A DNA stretch of 64,000 nucleotides from Candidatus Doudnabacteria bacterium. GTDB lineage: Bacteria; Patescibacteriota; Doudnabacteria; UBA920; O2-02-FULL-48-8. This document shows positions 17,535 through 27,048 of this stretch, piece by piece. Position numbers and translations under genes: made by a program. The notes beneath the pieces are model-generated. The model saw nothing but the letters and a program-made list of their open reading frames with translations. It did no database searches and was not told the DNA's origin. The stretch lies in the NCBI GenBank assembly GCA_037200925.1, contig JBBCGO010000001.1:888235-952234 (forward strand). Reading direction: 5' to 3'. Positions within the stretch are counted from its first letter, which is position 1; every line of letters starts with the position of its first letter.

Positions 17535-17843
17535 CTATTTGAACCCCAGGTCAGCCGCCTTCGACGGTCCGAGATGGACCATCAGTCCATGAGACCAGAG
17601 GACGTCACGTAGATCGTACAGCGATTTTCTTCCGAAATTGCCGACGCGCATGAGCTCGCCTTCGTCGGCGACCAGGATCTTGCGCAGGGACCACCCCGAC
17701 AAAGCTTGCTGTACGCGCAGGGGGAGTTCGGCCCGAATCTCGGCTTCCGTTGCTTTCGCTCCGATTTTCCGGATCCGTCCCGACAATCGTGCACGCCGTC
17801 CATGCAGTTCGGTTGCTGTTGGTTCGCTCCAGATCATTAACAC
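17535..17843 (-). CDS. Orphan RNA polymerase alpha-subunit C-terminal-domain (alpha-CTD)-like protein.
   Basis: 'ELPLRVQQALSGWSLRKILVADEGELMRVGNFGRKSLYDLRDVLWSHGL' aligns with RpoA-CTD 'LDLSVRSYNCLKRAGI...MKVRNLGRKSLEEVKAKLEELGL'. Only 102 aa with no alpha-NTD. G+C-rich, with an AGGAGG SD 8 nt upstream. Confidence 0.5.
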   Translation of the reverse strand: MLMIWSEPTATELHGRRARLSGRIRKIGAKATEAEIRAELPLRVQQALSGWSLRKILVADEGELMRVGNFGRKSLYDLRDVLWSHGLMVHLGPSKAADLGFK

Positions 17844-17935
17844 TGCCTCCTGTTGGCTTTTGAGGAGGTACCGAACTTTAAAGTCCGGAACCGCCTACTA
17901 TCAGAATAAGAGCAAGGTCCTATCTGTAATAACTA

Positions 17936-17965
17936 ATTTTACTCATAGTTTTGTCATTTTGTCAA
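17936..17965 (-). promoter_or_regulatory. Sigma-70-type promoter for the alpha-CTD-like gene.
   Basis: Minus strand TTGACA-18 nt-TAAAAT (plus-strand tgtcaa at 17960-17965 and atttta at 17936-17941). Confidence 0.4.
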
Positions 17966-18021
17966 TAGTTAAATAAACAAAAAAGACCCCGGACCAAGTC
18001 CGGGGCGGGGTGTATTAGGGA

Positions 18022-18927
18022 TTATTTCTCCATCTCTTCCAATCTTTTGATGCGTTCCTGAATAGGGGGGTGGGTGTCGAACAGGCGCGACAGGGCAGAA
18101 CCTGCCTGCCGGACATTGAGATTTTGTTTGAAAGGATTGACTATATAGAGGTGCGCCGTGGCATTATTAGCTTCTTCTAAAGGCTCGGTATCAGCCGCGA
18201 TTTTTTTGAGCGCCGAAGCCAAACCTTCCGGATAGCGCGTCAGCAAAGCGCCTGAGGCGTCAGCCAGATATTCGCGCTTGCGCGAAATTGCCAGTTGGAT
18301 CAGAGTTGCGGCGATGGGCGAGAGGATGGCTAGCACCAAACCGACTACCATAAAAATTACGCCGGCTTCACCTTCATTATTGCGGCGCCTGCCGCCGAAG
18401 AAACTGGCTCTCAACATCCAGTTGGACAAAAGCGAAACCACGCCAACCAGCACCACAATAATTGTTGAAAGCCGGATGTCATAATTACCGACATGCGACA
18501 GCTCGTGGGCGATCACGCCTTCCAGTTCCGGTTTGGTCAGTTTGCTTCGCAGTCCTGTCGTGATGCAGACCACGGCGTGCTTCGGGTCGCGGCCGGTGGC
18601 AAATGCATTGGGAGCCGTATCATCTATAAGATAGATTTTTGGTGTCGGCAGGCCCGCGGCGATGGCCAGGTTTTCAACTGTGTGGTAGAGCTCCGGATCA
18701 TCGGCGCGCTGGATCTGTTTTGCGTGCGACATGGAGAGAATGATCTTGTCCGAATAGAAATAACTGGTCAGGCTTAAGCCAACGGAAAAGATCACGGCGA
18801 TCGGCAAAATACCCGGCGAGTCAAAATACTGGCCGAAGAAGTAACCGAGCGCAATGATCAGAACCAAAAAGAATGTTATCAGTAGCGCTGTTTTGCGTTT
18901 GTTGGAAGAGATTTCAGAGTAGATCAT
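18022..18927 (-). CDS. htpX: Zinc metalloprotease HtpX (peptidase M48).
   Basis: 'HELSHVGNYD' HExxH motif, N-terminal TM helices, 301 aa. Confidence 0.8.
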   Translation of the reverse strand: MIYSEISSNKRKTALLITFFLVLIIALGYFFGQYFDSPGILPIAVIFSVGLSLTSYFYSDKIILSMSHAKQIQRADDPELYHTVENLAIAAGLPTPKIYLIDDTAPNAFATGRDPKHAVVCITTGLRSKLTKPELEGVIAHELSHVGNYDIRLSTIIVVLVGVVSLLSNWMLRASFFGGRRRNNEGEAGVIFMVVGLVLAILSPIAATLIQLAISRKREYLADASGALLTRYPEGLASALKKIAADTEPLEEANNATAHLYIVNPFKQNLNVRQAGSALSRLFDTHPPIQERIKRLEEMEK

Positions 18928-19473
18928 TTAGAATTGCACATTCACCGGCTGCTGGATGGCCTTGTTGTCATCGTCAAAGAAAGTTTTGGCGGTAAACCCG
19001 AGCATGCCCGCAAACAGGTTTGATGGGAATGTCTGAATTTTGGTATTGTAGTCGCGGACGTTGCCGTTATAGAACCTTCTGGCCGCCTGAATCTTATCTT
19101 CAGTGTCGGTCAGATCTCCCTGCAGCTGCAGGAAATTCTGGTTGGCTTTCAGTTCCGGATAATTTTCCGCCACGGCGAACAAAGAGCGGATGGTCTGCGA
19201 CAGCTGGTTTTCAGCAGCTAGTTTCTGTCCGGGGGTCGGCGCTGCCATGGCAGTGGCGCGGGCAGCGGTAACCTTAGTAAACACGCCTTCCTCATGTTTG
19301 GCGTATCCTTTGACCGTGTTGACCAAATTCGGGATCAGGTCGTAGCGGCGTTTGAGCTGGACTTCTATGTCTGACCAGGCTTCGTCCACGCGATTGCGCG
19401 ACTGGACCAGGCCGTTGTAAATAGCAATACCGGCTACAACCAGCACGACAACGACAATTAGCAAATAAATCAT
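18928..19473 (-). CDS. lemA: LemA-family membrane protein.
   Basis: N-terminal TM then 'YNGLVQSRNRVDEAWSDIEVQLKRRYDLIPNLV' LemA signature. The stop is adjacent to the htpX start. Confidence 0.75.
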   Translation of the reverse strand: MIYLLIVVVVLVVAGIAIYNGLVQSRNRVDEAWSDIEVQLKRRYDLIPNLVNTVKGYAKHEEGVFTKVTAARATAMAAPTPGQKLAAENQLSQTIRSLFAVAENYPELKANQNFLQLQGDLTDTEDKIQAARRFYNGNVRDYNTKIQTFPSNLFAGMLGFTAKTFFDDDNKAIQQPVNVQF

Positions 19474-19536
19474 ATTTTTCTCCTTTCTCTATCTTATTAT
19501 AGATATGGTATAATAAATTATCAATAACCAGTAATT

Positions 19537-19821
19537 ATGGCAATTTCTATAGAAGAAGTCAACAGGATCGCAAAGCTGGCCCGCTTATCATTTAGCGAAG
19601 ACCAGAAACAAAAATTGCAGCAAGAGTTGTCGGCAATTCTGGATTACGTGGACCAGCTGAAAGAAGTGGAAGGCAGGGTCAGTCCCGAAGCTGCAGATCC
19701 GGGTGCGGTTAACCTGATGCGCAACGACGTGGCGCAGGAAACCGCGGCACCGGAAGATTTTTTGAAGCAAGCGCCGGCTCGAGAGGGAAATTTTATTAAA
19801 GTAAAGAGTGTTTTAGACTGA
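19537..19821 (+). CDS. gatC: Asp/Glu-tRNA amidotransferase subunit C.
   Basis: 94 aa, 'ISIEEVNRIAKLARLSFSEDQKQKL...ILDYVDQLKEV', first gene of gatCAB. Confidence 0.8.
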   Translation: MAISIEEVNRIAKLARLSFSEDQKQKLQQELSAILDYVDQLKEVEGRVSPEAADPGAVNLMRNDVAQETAAPEDFLKQAPAREGNFIKVKSVLD

Positions 19822-21269
19822 TGGAAATTCTTGACCTGACAGTTAAAACTGCTGCTGATTTGCTGGCGAATAAGAAAATTTCCGCTAAAGAATTGGCCCA
19901 ATTATCTTTGAAGCGAATTAAACAGATAGATGATAAATTGCATGCATTTTTGTATGTTGCGGAAAAAGAAGCACTGGCTTCCGCAGACAAAGCTGACGGC
20001 CTGATCGCAGATGGCGAGAATTTTTCGCTCACAGGGATCCCTTACGCGGCCAAGGACAATATTTTGGTAAAAGGACTTCAAGCTACCGCCGCTTCGAAAA
20101 TTTTGGAAAATTACAAAGCAACCTATGACGCTACGGTTATTAAGAAATTAAACGAAGAACAGCCGGTGCTCATGGGTAAAACCAATCTAGATGAATTTGC
20201 CATGGGTTCCTCGACCGAAAATTCAGCCTACGGGCCGACGAAAAATCCTTACGATCTCACCCGCGTGCCGGGCGGTTCCTCAGGCGGCTCCGCTGCCGCG
20301 GTTGCGTCCGGCGAAGTTCTGTTCGCACTCGGCACAGATACCGGCGGATCGGTCAGGCAGCCGGCCAGCTTTTGCGGGATCGTCGGTTTTAAGCCGACGT
20401 ACGGCCGCGCTTCCCGCTACGGTTTGATAGCTTTGGGATCCTCCCTGGATCAGGTCGGAGTGCTGGCCAAAACGGTTGAAGATACGGCAGCGGTTTTTGA
20501 GATTATTGCGGGACAGGATTCTTATGATTCCACATCATTGCCCAAGCCCGTGCCTGATTACGGCAGTTTTTTAAAAGAAGACATGAAGGGAATAAAAATC
20601 GGAATTCCAAAAGAATATTTCATTGACGGCTTAGATCCGGAGGTTGATGCGATCGTAAAGAACGCTGTAAAAAAAATGCAGGAGTTGGGAGCCGAGGTTT
20701 CTGAAATGAGCCTGCCGCATTCCTCGTACGCTTTGGCCTGCTATTATATTATTTTGCCGGTTGAAATTTCCGCAAATCTTTCCAGGTATGACGGCATCCG
20801 CTACGGCCTGTCAGCCGCCGGGAACAATTTGGAAGAAGTTTATTATAACACCCGGTCAAAGGGATTTGGCGCGGAACCCAAGCGCCGGATCATGATTGGC
20901 ACTTATGCATCTTCCGCCGGATATTTTGACGCTTATTACAAAAAAGCCAAACAGGCCCAACAGCTCATCCGCCGGGATTTTATCGATGCTTTTAAAAAAT
21001 TCGATCTGATCGTCACTCCCACAACCCCGGCTCCGGCCTTCAAGCTCGGCGAAAAAACCGATCCGCTTTCCATGTATCTGGCGGATATTTTTACCGTCGG
21101 ACTGAACATCGCTGGCGTGCCGGGAATTTCAATTCCGGCCGGAACCACAAAGGCAGGCCTCCCGGTCGGGGTCCAGCTTGTGGCCGACCACTTTGCGGAA
21201 GAAAAATTGTTTGGCGCCGCGTTTGCTCTAGAAAAATCTTTAAACTTATCATTAAAACCAAAAATATGA
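19821..21269 (+). CDS. gatA: Asp/Glu-tRNA amidotransferase subunit A (amidase).
   Basis: Amidase signature 'GGSSGGSAAAVASG', 482 aa. Confidence 0.85.
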   Translation: MEILDLTVKTAADLLANKKISAKELAQLSLKRIKQIDDKLHAFLYVAEKEALASADKADGLIADGENFSLTGIPYAAKDNILVKGLQATAASKILENYKATYDATVIKKLNEEQPVLMGKTNLDEFAMGSSTENSAYGPTKNPYDLTRVPGGSSGGSAAAVASGEVLFALGTDTGGSVRQPASFCGIVGFKPTYGRASRYGLIALGSSLDQVGVLAKTVEDTAAVFEIIAGQDSYDSTSLPKPVPDYGSFLKEDMKGIKIGIPKEYFIDGLDPEVDAIVKNAVKKMQELGAEVSEMSLPHSSYALACYYIILPVEISANLSRYDGIRYGLSAAGNNLEEVYYNTRSKGFGAEPKRRIMIGTYASSAGYFDAYYKKAKQAQQLIRRDFIDAFKKFDLIVTPTTPAPAFKLGEKTDPLSMYLADIFTVGLNIAGVPGISIPAGTTKAGLPVGVQLVADHFAEEKLFGAAFALEKSLNLSLKPKI

Positions 21270-21670
21270 AAAAGAAAATTTTTGTTTTGATATTTATTTT
21301 CACTCTGACGGCCCCATTGCTTGCCGCTGCCGCTCCATGCTCTGTTAACGTAAATAATAACCCGCCGCTTACACCCAAGGACTTGCCGATATGCGTTAAT
21401 CAGATCTATATCTGGTCGCTCGGCATTTCGGCCCTTTTGGCCATGCTGATCCTGGTTATAGGCGGATATTACTACATGACAGCTTCCGGGAATGCCGAGC
21501 AATCGGGTAAGGGGATTCAAATGATCTGGTCGGCTGTTATTGGTTTGGGGCTTTTGTTCGCTGCCTATTTATTGCTGCATACTATCAATCCGGATCTGGT
21601 TAATTTTCCGGTAAATTCGTTAAATACAATTAATCAGCCTCAGCCAGGGCCCCGTCAAACGCCCCAATAA
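21266..21670 (+). CDS. Secreted small membrane protein, candidate TrbC/VirB2-family pilin, nested between gatA and gatB.
   Basis: Signal peptide MKKKIFVLIFIFTLTAPLLAAAA, then two hydrophobic helices separated by a short polar loop (TASGNAEQSGKG) and a Pro/Gln tail. Its start overlaps the gatA stop and its stop is 1 nt from the gatB start. Confidence 0.45.
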   Translation: MKKKIFVLIFIFTLTAPLLAAAAPCSVNVNNNPPLTPKDLPICVNQIYIWSLGISALLAMLILVIGGYYYMTASGNAEQSGKGIQMIWSAVIGLGLLFAAYLLLHTINPDLVNFPVNSLNTINQPQPGPRQTPQ

Positions 21671-21671
21671 A

Positions 21672-23150
21672 ATGATCAAGGATTACGAACCGGTTATTGG
21701 ATTGGAAGTCCACGTACAATTGAAAACTTCCAGCAAAATGTTTTGTCGCTCCAAAAATGCCGAAGCTGATCAGCCGAATATTCATATTTGCGAAGTTTGC
21801 ACAGGACAGCCGGGGACATTGCCGGTGATCAACGAAGAAGCTGTGAAGAAAGCCGTAATGGTCGGCCTGGCTTTGAACTGTAACATCGCCGAGTATTCAA
21901 AATTCGACCGCAAGAATTATTTTTATCCGGATCTTCCCAAGGGTTACCAGATATCGCAATTTGATATGCCCATAAACGGCCGCGGGCAAATGAAACTGGC
22001 GGTAAACGGAGAAACCCGGACAATAGGCATCACACGCGCTCATTTGGAAGAAGATGCGGGCAAGCTCGTGCATCCGCCGGGCGCAAACTACAGTTTGGTG
22101 GATTATAACCGCGCCGGGACGCCGCTTCTTGAGATAGTCTCTGAGCCGGACATCCGCAGTTCAGAAGAAGCCAGGCATTATTTACAGGAACTGCAAAACC
22201 TAATGCGTTATTTGAATGTTTCGGATGCTGATATGGAGAAGGGGCATTTGCGATGCGATGCCAATATTTCCCTGCGGAAAAAAGGGGAAAAAGGATTTCC
22301 GCCGTATAAAGTTGAGATCAAGAATATGAATTCTTTTAAATCCGTGGCATCAGCAATTGAATTTGAGATCAGGCGGCAAACGGAAATTTTGGATGGAGGA
22401 GAAATTCCAAAATTGGAAACCCGCGGCTGGGCGGATGACAAAGCAATTACGGTTTCCCAGCGGTCAAAAGAGGAGTCGCAGGACTACAGATATTTTCCGG
22501 AGCCGGACCTGCCGGTTTTGCATTTTACCAAAGATTATTTGTCCGGGTTGAAGCGGGAATTGCCGGAACTGCCGAAAGCCAGAAAGCAAAGGTTTATCAG
22601 CGAATTTGGTTTGGCCGAAAAAGACGCGCAGACTTTGGTTTCATACAAAGAACTGGCAGAATATTTTGAACATGTCGCAACCGAACTGGCCGAATGGTTT
22701 GAAGCCGAGCACGTGAAAGATGCCGGCAATAGCGGGCAGACGGTGGCGAATTGGGTTTTGGGGCCGTTTTTGGCGGCTATCAATGAACATAACTTGCTTC
22801 CGCGGGACTCAAAGGTCACTGAAGAAAATTTTGCGGAACTGATCAAGATGATCCGGCAGGGGAAAGTTTCTAATCTTGCAGCCAAGGATGTATTTGCCAA
22901 AATGTTCGAGACCGGCGAGGATCCGCACGTCATCCTGGACCAGCTGGGGCTTCACCAGGTTTCCGATGAATCGGTAATTTTGGAAGCCGTAAAAAAGACA
23001 ATTTCAGAAAATCCCAAAGGAGTTGCGGATGCTAGGACAAAAGGCGACAAAGCTTTAGGTTTTTTGATCGGGCAGGTTATGAAGGAATTGAAAGGAAAAG
23101 GCAATCCGCAGATTATCAATGAAATTTTGAAAAGAGAATTAAAAATTTAA
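21672..23150 (+). CDS. gatB: Asp/Glu-tRNA amidotransferase subunit B.
   Basis: 'PVIGLEVHVQL', the 'CEVCTGQPGTLPV' zinc-ribbon-like segment and a YqeY-like tail, 492 aa. Confidence 0.85.
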   Translation: MIKDYEPVIGLEVHVQLKTSSKMFCRSKNAEADQPNIHICEVCTGQPGTLPVINEEAVKKAVMVGLALNCNIAEYSKFDRKNYFYPDLPKGYQISQFDMPINGRGQMKLAVNGETRTIGITRAHLEEDAGKLVHPPGANYSLVDYNRAGTPLLEIVSEPDIRSSEEARHYLQELQNLMRYLNVSDADMEKGHLRCDANISLRKKGEKGFPPYKVEIKNMNSFKSVASAIEFEIRRQTEILDGGEIPKLETRGWADDKAITVSQRSKEESQDYRYFPEPDLPVLHFTKDYLSGLKRELPELPKARKQRFISEFGLAEKDAQTLVSYKELAEYFEHVATELAEWFEAEHVKDAGNSGQTVANWVLGPFLAAINEHNLLPRDSKVTEENFAELIKMIRQGKVSNLAAKDVFAKMFETGEDPHVILDQLGLHQVSDESVILEAVKKTISENPKGVADARTKGDKALGFLIGQVMKELKGKGNPQIINEILKRELKI

Positions 23151-23151
23151 T

Positions 23152-23739
23152 ATGAAAGAGTATTTAGTATCATTTGATAATATCCGCCTGGAACATAAGC
23201 TGACTGATGAAGAAAAAGCCGAAAAAGTTGAGGTTTTTTTGCGCTATTACCTGATCACAACCGCGGACCAGATACGGCTGACCCAGAGGATCCAAAAAGT
23301 ATATAATCCGTTCAGTTTTAAAAATTTCAGCTGGGGGAAGAAATTCGGAGGCGATGATGACCCTAAATTCCAAAAAACCCTGGCCAGCCTGAAAGATGAT
23401 TTTATAAAAAAAGAGACTGATGAAAAGCTTTATCATCTGGATCAGGGTGAGGGAAAAATATTTAACCACTACTATTACAGGCTATCTCCCAAGATCATAG
23501 AGATGATAAAAAAATCAACCCTGATCTGGCTGCATTATTATACCGAGAAAACTTATGAGCCTTTTTATGGTTTTGAAGACCCGAGTTTTTATAAAGAAGG
23601 CAGACTGGTCGCCCATGTCGTCAGCCATGAGAATTATGTTCATTTATTCTTAGACGAAGATATCGCATATAATTTTATGAGACGTCTGAGTGTGGAATTT
23701 CATGATATAACCAGTCAAAATATAAAAAGCTTAAAATAA
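23152..23739 (+). CDS. Hypothetical protein.
   Basis: 195 aa, start 1 nt after the gatB stop. No recognised motif. Confidence 0.4.
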   Translation: MKEYLVSFDNIRLEHKLTDEEKAEKVEVFLRYYLITTADQIRLTQRIQKVYNPFSFKNFSWGKKFGGDDDPKFQKTLASLKDDFIKKETDEKLYHLDQGEGKIFNHYYYRLSPKIIEMIKKSTLIWLHYYTEKTYEPFYGFEDPSFYKEGRLVAHVVSHENYVHLFLDEDIAYNFMRRLSVEFHDITSQNIKSLK

Positions 23740-24630
23740 TCAGGCTGACAGGTATTTTCTAACAAGCCGTTCGGCTTGTTTTTGATTTTTGATCCAATGA
23801 ATGCGGCTGTCGGTCTTAAACCAGGTCGTCTGGCGTCTGGCGAATTTGTGAATTGCTGATTTGAGCTGTTCAATCATCTGCCCGTAGGTTAAGTAGCCTT
23901 GCAGGTATAAAGAAACAAAGCGATATTCCAGGCCCATTTCTTGCAGACGTTTGTGAGCAACTTTTTGCTTAAGAAGTTTTTTGACTTCGAAGACCAGTCC
24001 TTGTTTAAAGCGGTTTTCTAAACGCTCGTCGATCAGTTTATACAGTTTTGGCAAATCTTTTTTTAAACCGAGTAAAAGAGATCCTGAACCAAGTTCAGGA
24101 TGACGCAATGGCGGCACCGGCTTCCCCGTGGACTTAATGATCTCAATGGCACGGATGAGGCGGCGCGGGTTCTGGCGGTCAATATTCATAGCGCGCCGGG
24201 GATCCAGTTTTTTCAGGATCTTAAAAAGTTCGGCAGGTGTTTTTTTATTCAATCGGTTGCGTAATTTGAAATTGGGCTTAACCCCGGGAATCTGCAAGTC
24301 GTCGATTGTGGCGTAAATATAGAAAGGCGTGCCGCCGACCAGAAACGGCAGTTTATTTTTTTCCCTGATCTGTTTGATCGCCTTTAAAGCCTTTGGTTTG
24401 AAATCCGCTACGGTGAATTGTGTTTTGGGCGAAGCAACATCAAGCAGGTGATGACGGACTTGCTTTTGTTCTTTTTTCGTGACCTTGCCCGTGCCGATGT
24501 CCATGCCTTTATAGACTTGTCTGGAATCTGCCGAAATTATCTCGCCTTGGAATTTTTGAGCAAGTTTAATTGCCAGGCTTGATTTGCCCGAGGAGGTGGG
24601 ACCCAGAATGACTACCAATCCGGGCTTCAT
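23740..24630 (-). CDS. miaA: tRNA dimethylallyltransferase MiaA.
   Basis: P-loop 'ILGPTSSGKSSLAI' and 'ISADSRQVYKGMDIGTGK'. It contains a partial copy of the palindromic repeat (24080-24104) encoding RHPELGSGS. Confidence 0.8.
   Translation of the reverse strand: MKPGLVVILGPTSSGKSSLAIKLAQKFQGEIISADSRQVYKGMDIGTGKVTKKEQKQVRHHLLDVASPKTQFTVADFKPKALKAIKQIREKNKLPFLVGGTPFYIYATIDDLQIPGVKPNFKLRNRLNKKTPAELFKILKKLDPRRAMNIDRQNPRRLIRAIEIIKSTGKPVPPLRHPELGSGSLLLGLKKDLPKLYKLIDERLENRFKQGLVFEVKKLLKQKVAHKRLQEMGLEYRFVSLYLQGYLTYGQMIEQLKSAIHKFARRQTTWFKTDSRIHWIKNQKQAERLVRKYLSA
24080..24104. repeat. Partial MITE/RPE-like hairpin module, copy B, inside the miaA coding sequence.
   Basis: gatcctgaaccaagttcaggatgac is a 24/25 match to 12824-12848. 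Confidence 0.5.
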
Positions 24631-24851
24631 TATTTTTTCTTGGCGATTTTAAGACCCGCAAACTTGGAAGGTTTGCGCAGTGATAATCCATGCACCCGCA
24701 TTCGCGGGCGCTTTTTTATTTCTCTTTTTTCTGCTTTGAGATTGTGTTCGGTTTTTTGTCTCATATTTGATATGATACGAGTCTGGAGGATCAATGGAGG
24801 ATCAGCCTGAGAATAAGGTGCAAGACTGCTGTTTATTTTGCTTCCGGCCAA
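24630..24851 (-). CDS. Small basic protein upstream of miaA, function unknown.
   Basis: Lys/Arg-rich tail (RMRVHGLSLRKPSKFAGLKIAKKK). No confident ribosomal-protein match. The true start may be the internal MRQKTE. Confidence 0.3.
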   Translation of the reverse strand: MAGSKINSSLAPYSQADPPLILQTRIISNMRQKTEHNLKAEKREIKKRPRMRVHGLSLRKPSKFAGLKIAKKK

Positions 24852-25054
24852 TCCCTCAGGAATCAGTGGAATCGATCAGTACTCCTAACGGGGTTTTCTG
24901 CAACTTCGGCCATCAGGTGAAACTCGCAGGCTACCTCTATATCTGCGAACTGGCGACAAAGGAGTCGCAGAAGTATCCAAAACACGAGGTAGACTTCGGG
25001 CTCGCGAATGCATATTTGATCGAAATGCTTGCCGCTTCTAAGGCCAAAGCCTAG
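24794..25054 (+). CDS. Small Cys-rich hypothetical protein.
   Basis: 86 aa with CC..C..C..C residues. It overlaps the neighbouring small ORF on the opposite strand, so one of the two may be spurious. Confidence 0.25.
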   Translation: MEDQPENKVQDCCLFCFRPIPQESVESISTPNGVFCNFGHQVKLAGYLYICELATKESQKYPKHEVDFGLANAYLIEMLAASKAKA

Positions 25055-25065
25055 CAGCGGTTTTT

Positions 25066-26874
25066 TTATTCGCGATTTTGAATTTCACCGGAAACTTTTT
25101 TGATGAACTTATCCGTTTTCATCGCACCCAGATCTTTCTGATTCCGGGCGCGGACAGCAACGGACTTTGCCGCAACTTCTTTTTCCCCCACGATCAGCAT
25201 ATAAGGGACTTTTTCCATTTCCGCATCGCGGATCTTTTTGCCCACGGATTCATTTCGGTCATCGAGTTCCACCCGGATCCCGTTTTCTTTTAACTCTTTC
25301 AAAACCGTCTCGGCGTATTTATTTTGTTTCTCTGTGATTGGCAGGATTTTTACCTGGACAGGGGAGAGCCATACAGGAAAGGCGCCCGCATAGTGCTCGA
25401 TCAGGATGCCGATGAATCTTTCAAGCGAGCCGTAGATCACGCGGTGAATTGCAACCGGAGTTTTTTTTGTTCCATCCGCGGCCGTATATTCAAGTTTGAA
25501 CCTTAACGGCTGCTGGAAATCTAATTGGATCGTACCCATCTGCCATTGCCGTCCTATCGCATCTTTCATTAAAATATCGACTTTAGGGCCGTAAAAAGCA
25601 CCATCTTTTTCTGCTATGGTAAATTTTTGGACGCTTTTTTTAAGAACATCTTTAAGAGTTTTTTCCGCTTTGTCCCAAGTTTTGATGTCACCCATAAAAT
25701 TATCCGGCCGAGTTCCTATTCGAAATGAATATTCCAGGCCAAAGATCGAATAAAATTTTTCAACTATTTCAAATATTTCTTCGTATTCTTGTCCGATCTG
25801 GTCCTCGCTCACAAAACAATGCGCATCATCCTGCCTGAATTCTCGAACACGCAACAAGCCGTTCAGCGCTCCCGAAATCTCATTTCGATGCAATGTATCC
25901 GTGTCGGATAAGCGCAGCGGCAGATCTTTGTAACTTCTGAGCTGGGATCCAAAAACAACCATGGCATTCGGGCAGTTCATCGGCTTCAGGGCGTATTCTT
26001 CGTTGTCTTTTGTTTTAACAACAAACATATCTTCCCAATAATGTTCGTAGTGGCCGGAAGTTTGATAAAGCTCTTTTTTATTCAGAAGAGGGGATACGAT
26101 CTCTTGATAGTTGCGCTTGCTGTGTTCAAAGCGCCAAAAGTTGACCAGTTCGTTGTACATGATCACACCTTTGGGCAGCCAATAAGGCATGCCCGGAGAA
26201 GTGTGGTGGAACATGAACAACCCTAATTTAGGTCCTAATTTTTTATGGTCCCGTTTTTCCGCTTCTTCCTGCATTTTTAAGTATTCTTCCAAATGCAACT
26301 TAGTTGCAAATGCTAATCCGTAGATCCTTTGCATCTGCGGATTTTTTTGGTCCCCGCGCCAGTAGGCGCCGGAGATTTTAGAAAGTTTGAAACTTTGCGG
26401 ATCTATCTCGGAAGTATTTTCCACGTGTCCGCCGCGGCACAGGTCAGTGAATTTTCCGGTTTTATACAAACTGACCTTTTCAACTTTTTCGCTTGATTTT
26501 TTTTCACCGGCTAAACTTGCCTCGGAGTTTAAAATTTTATCAGCTTCGGTCGTGCCAAACTTCTCAATATCTTTGATCAGTTCGATCTTAAACGGCTGAT
26601 GAGCTTGATCAAAATAAGTTTTGGCTTCGTGAGTAGTCAATTCCTGCCGTTCGAAAGGGAGTTTTGATTTGACCAGTTCGCGCATGCGTTTTTCGATTTT
26701 CGCAATATCCTCGGGAGTCAGGGGGCGGGGGAGCAGGAAATCGTAAAAGAAACCGTTCTCGATCACAGGCCCGACGCCTAACTGGGCTTTCGGGAACATT
26801 TCGATCACAGCACTGGCTAAAATGTGAGCGAGCGAATGGCGGATGTTATGCAATTTTTCATCACTGATTTTCAT
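25066..26874 (-). CDS. thrS: Threonyl-tRNA synthetase lacking the N-terminal TGS domain.
   Basis: Editing-domain start 'RHSLAHILASAV', class II motifs 'FRIGTRPD', 'HRVIYGSLERFIGILIEH', and an anticodon-binding C-terminal domain. 602 aa. Confidence 0.85.
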   Translation of the reverse strand: MKISDEKLHNIRHSLAHILASAVIEMFPKAQLGVGPVIENGFFYDFLLPRPLTPEDIAKIEKRMRELVKSKLPFERQELTTHEAKTYFDQAHQPFKIELIKDIEKFGTTEADKILNSEASLAGEKKSSEKVEKVSLYKTGKFTDLCRGGHVENTSEIDPQSFKLSKISGAYWRGDQKNPQMQRIYGLAFATKLHLEEYLKMQEEAEKRDHKKLGPKLGLFMFHHTSPGMPYWLPKGVIMYNELVNFWRFEHSKRNYQEIVSPLLNKKELYQTSGHYEHYWEDMFVVKTKDNEEYALKPMNCPNAMVVFGSQLRSYKDLPLRLSDTDTLHRNEISGALNGLLRVREFRQDDAHCFVSEDQIGQEYEEIFEIVEKFYSIFGLEYSFRIGTRPDNFMGDIKTWDKAEKTLKDVLKKSVQKFTIAEKDGAFYGPKVDILMKDAIGRQWQMGTIQLDFQQPLRFKLEYTAADGTKKTPVAIHRVIYGSLERFIGILIEHYAGAFPVWLSPVQVKILPITEKQNKYAETVLKELKENGIRVELDDRNESVGKKIRDAEMEKVPYMLIVGEKEVAAKSVAVRARNQKDLGAMKTDKFIKKVSGEIQNRE

Positions 26875-27048
26875 AGATTTTGGTTAAAAAATACCCAAAC
26901 GTCCTATGACGTTTGGGATCCTCGCGGATGGTTCCACCCAATCTTTGCTTCATTTTTTCCGTAACGCCGGAATTGTGCGGAGAACTCCATGGTTGGTGGC
27001 CATTTCTGCGTTCTCAAAACTTAAATAGATTATATAGCTCCCGGCGGT

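Noticed and set aside
24630-24851. Small basic ORF upstream of miaA as ribosomal protein L34 or L35.
   Set aside because: The Lys/Arg-rich tail is suggestive, but no alignable L34 (…HGFRARM…GRKVLARRR…) or L35 signature is present. It is left as hypothetical.
25066-26874. ThrRS lacking the TGS domain as a possible truncation or pseudogene.
   Set aside because: The ORF starts cleanly at the editing domain and all downstream class-II motifs are intact. It is a minimal ThrRS architecture, not damage.
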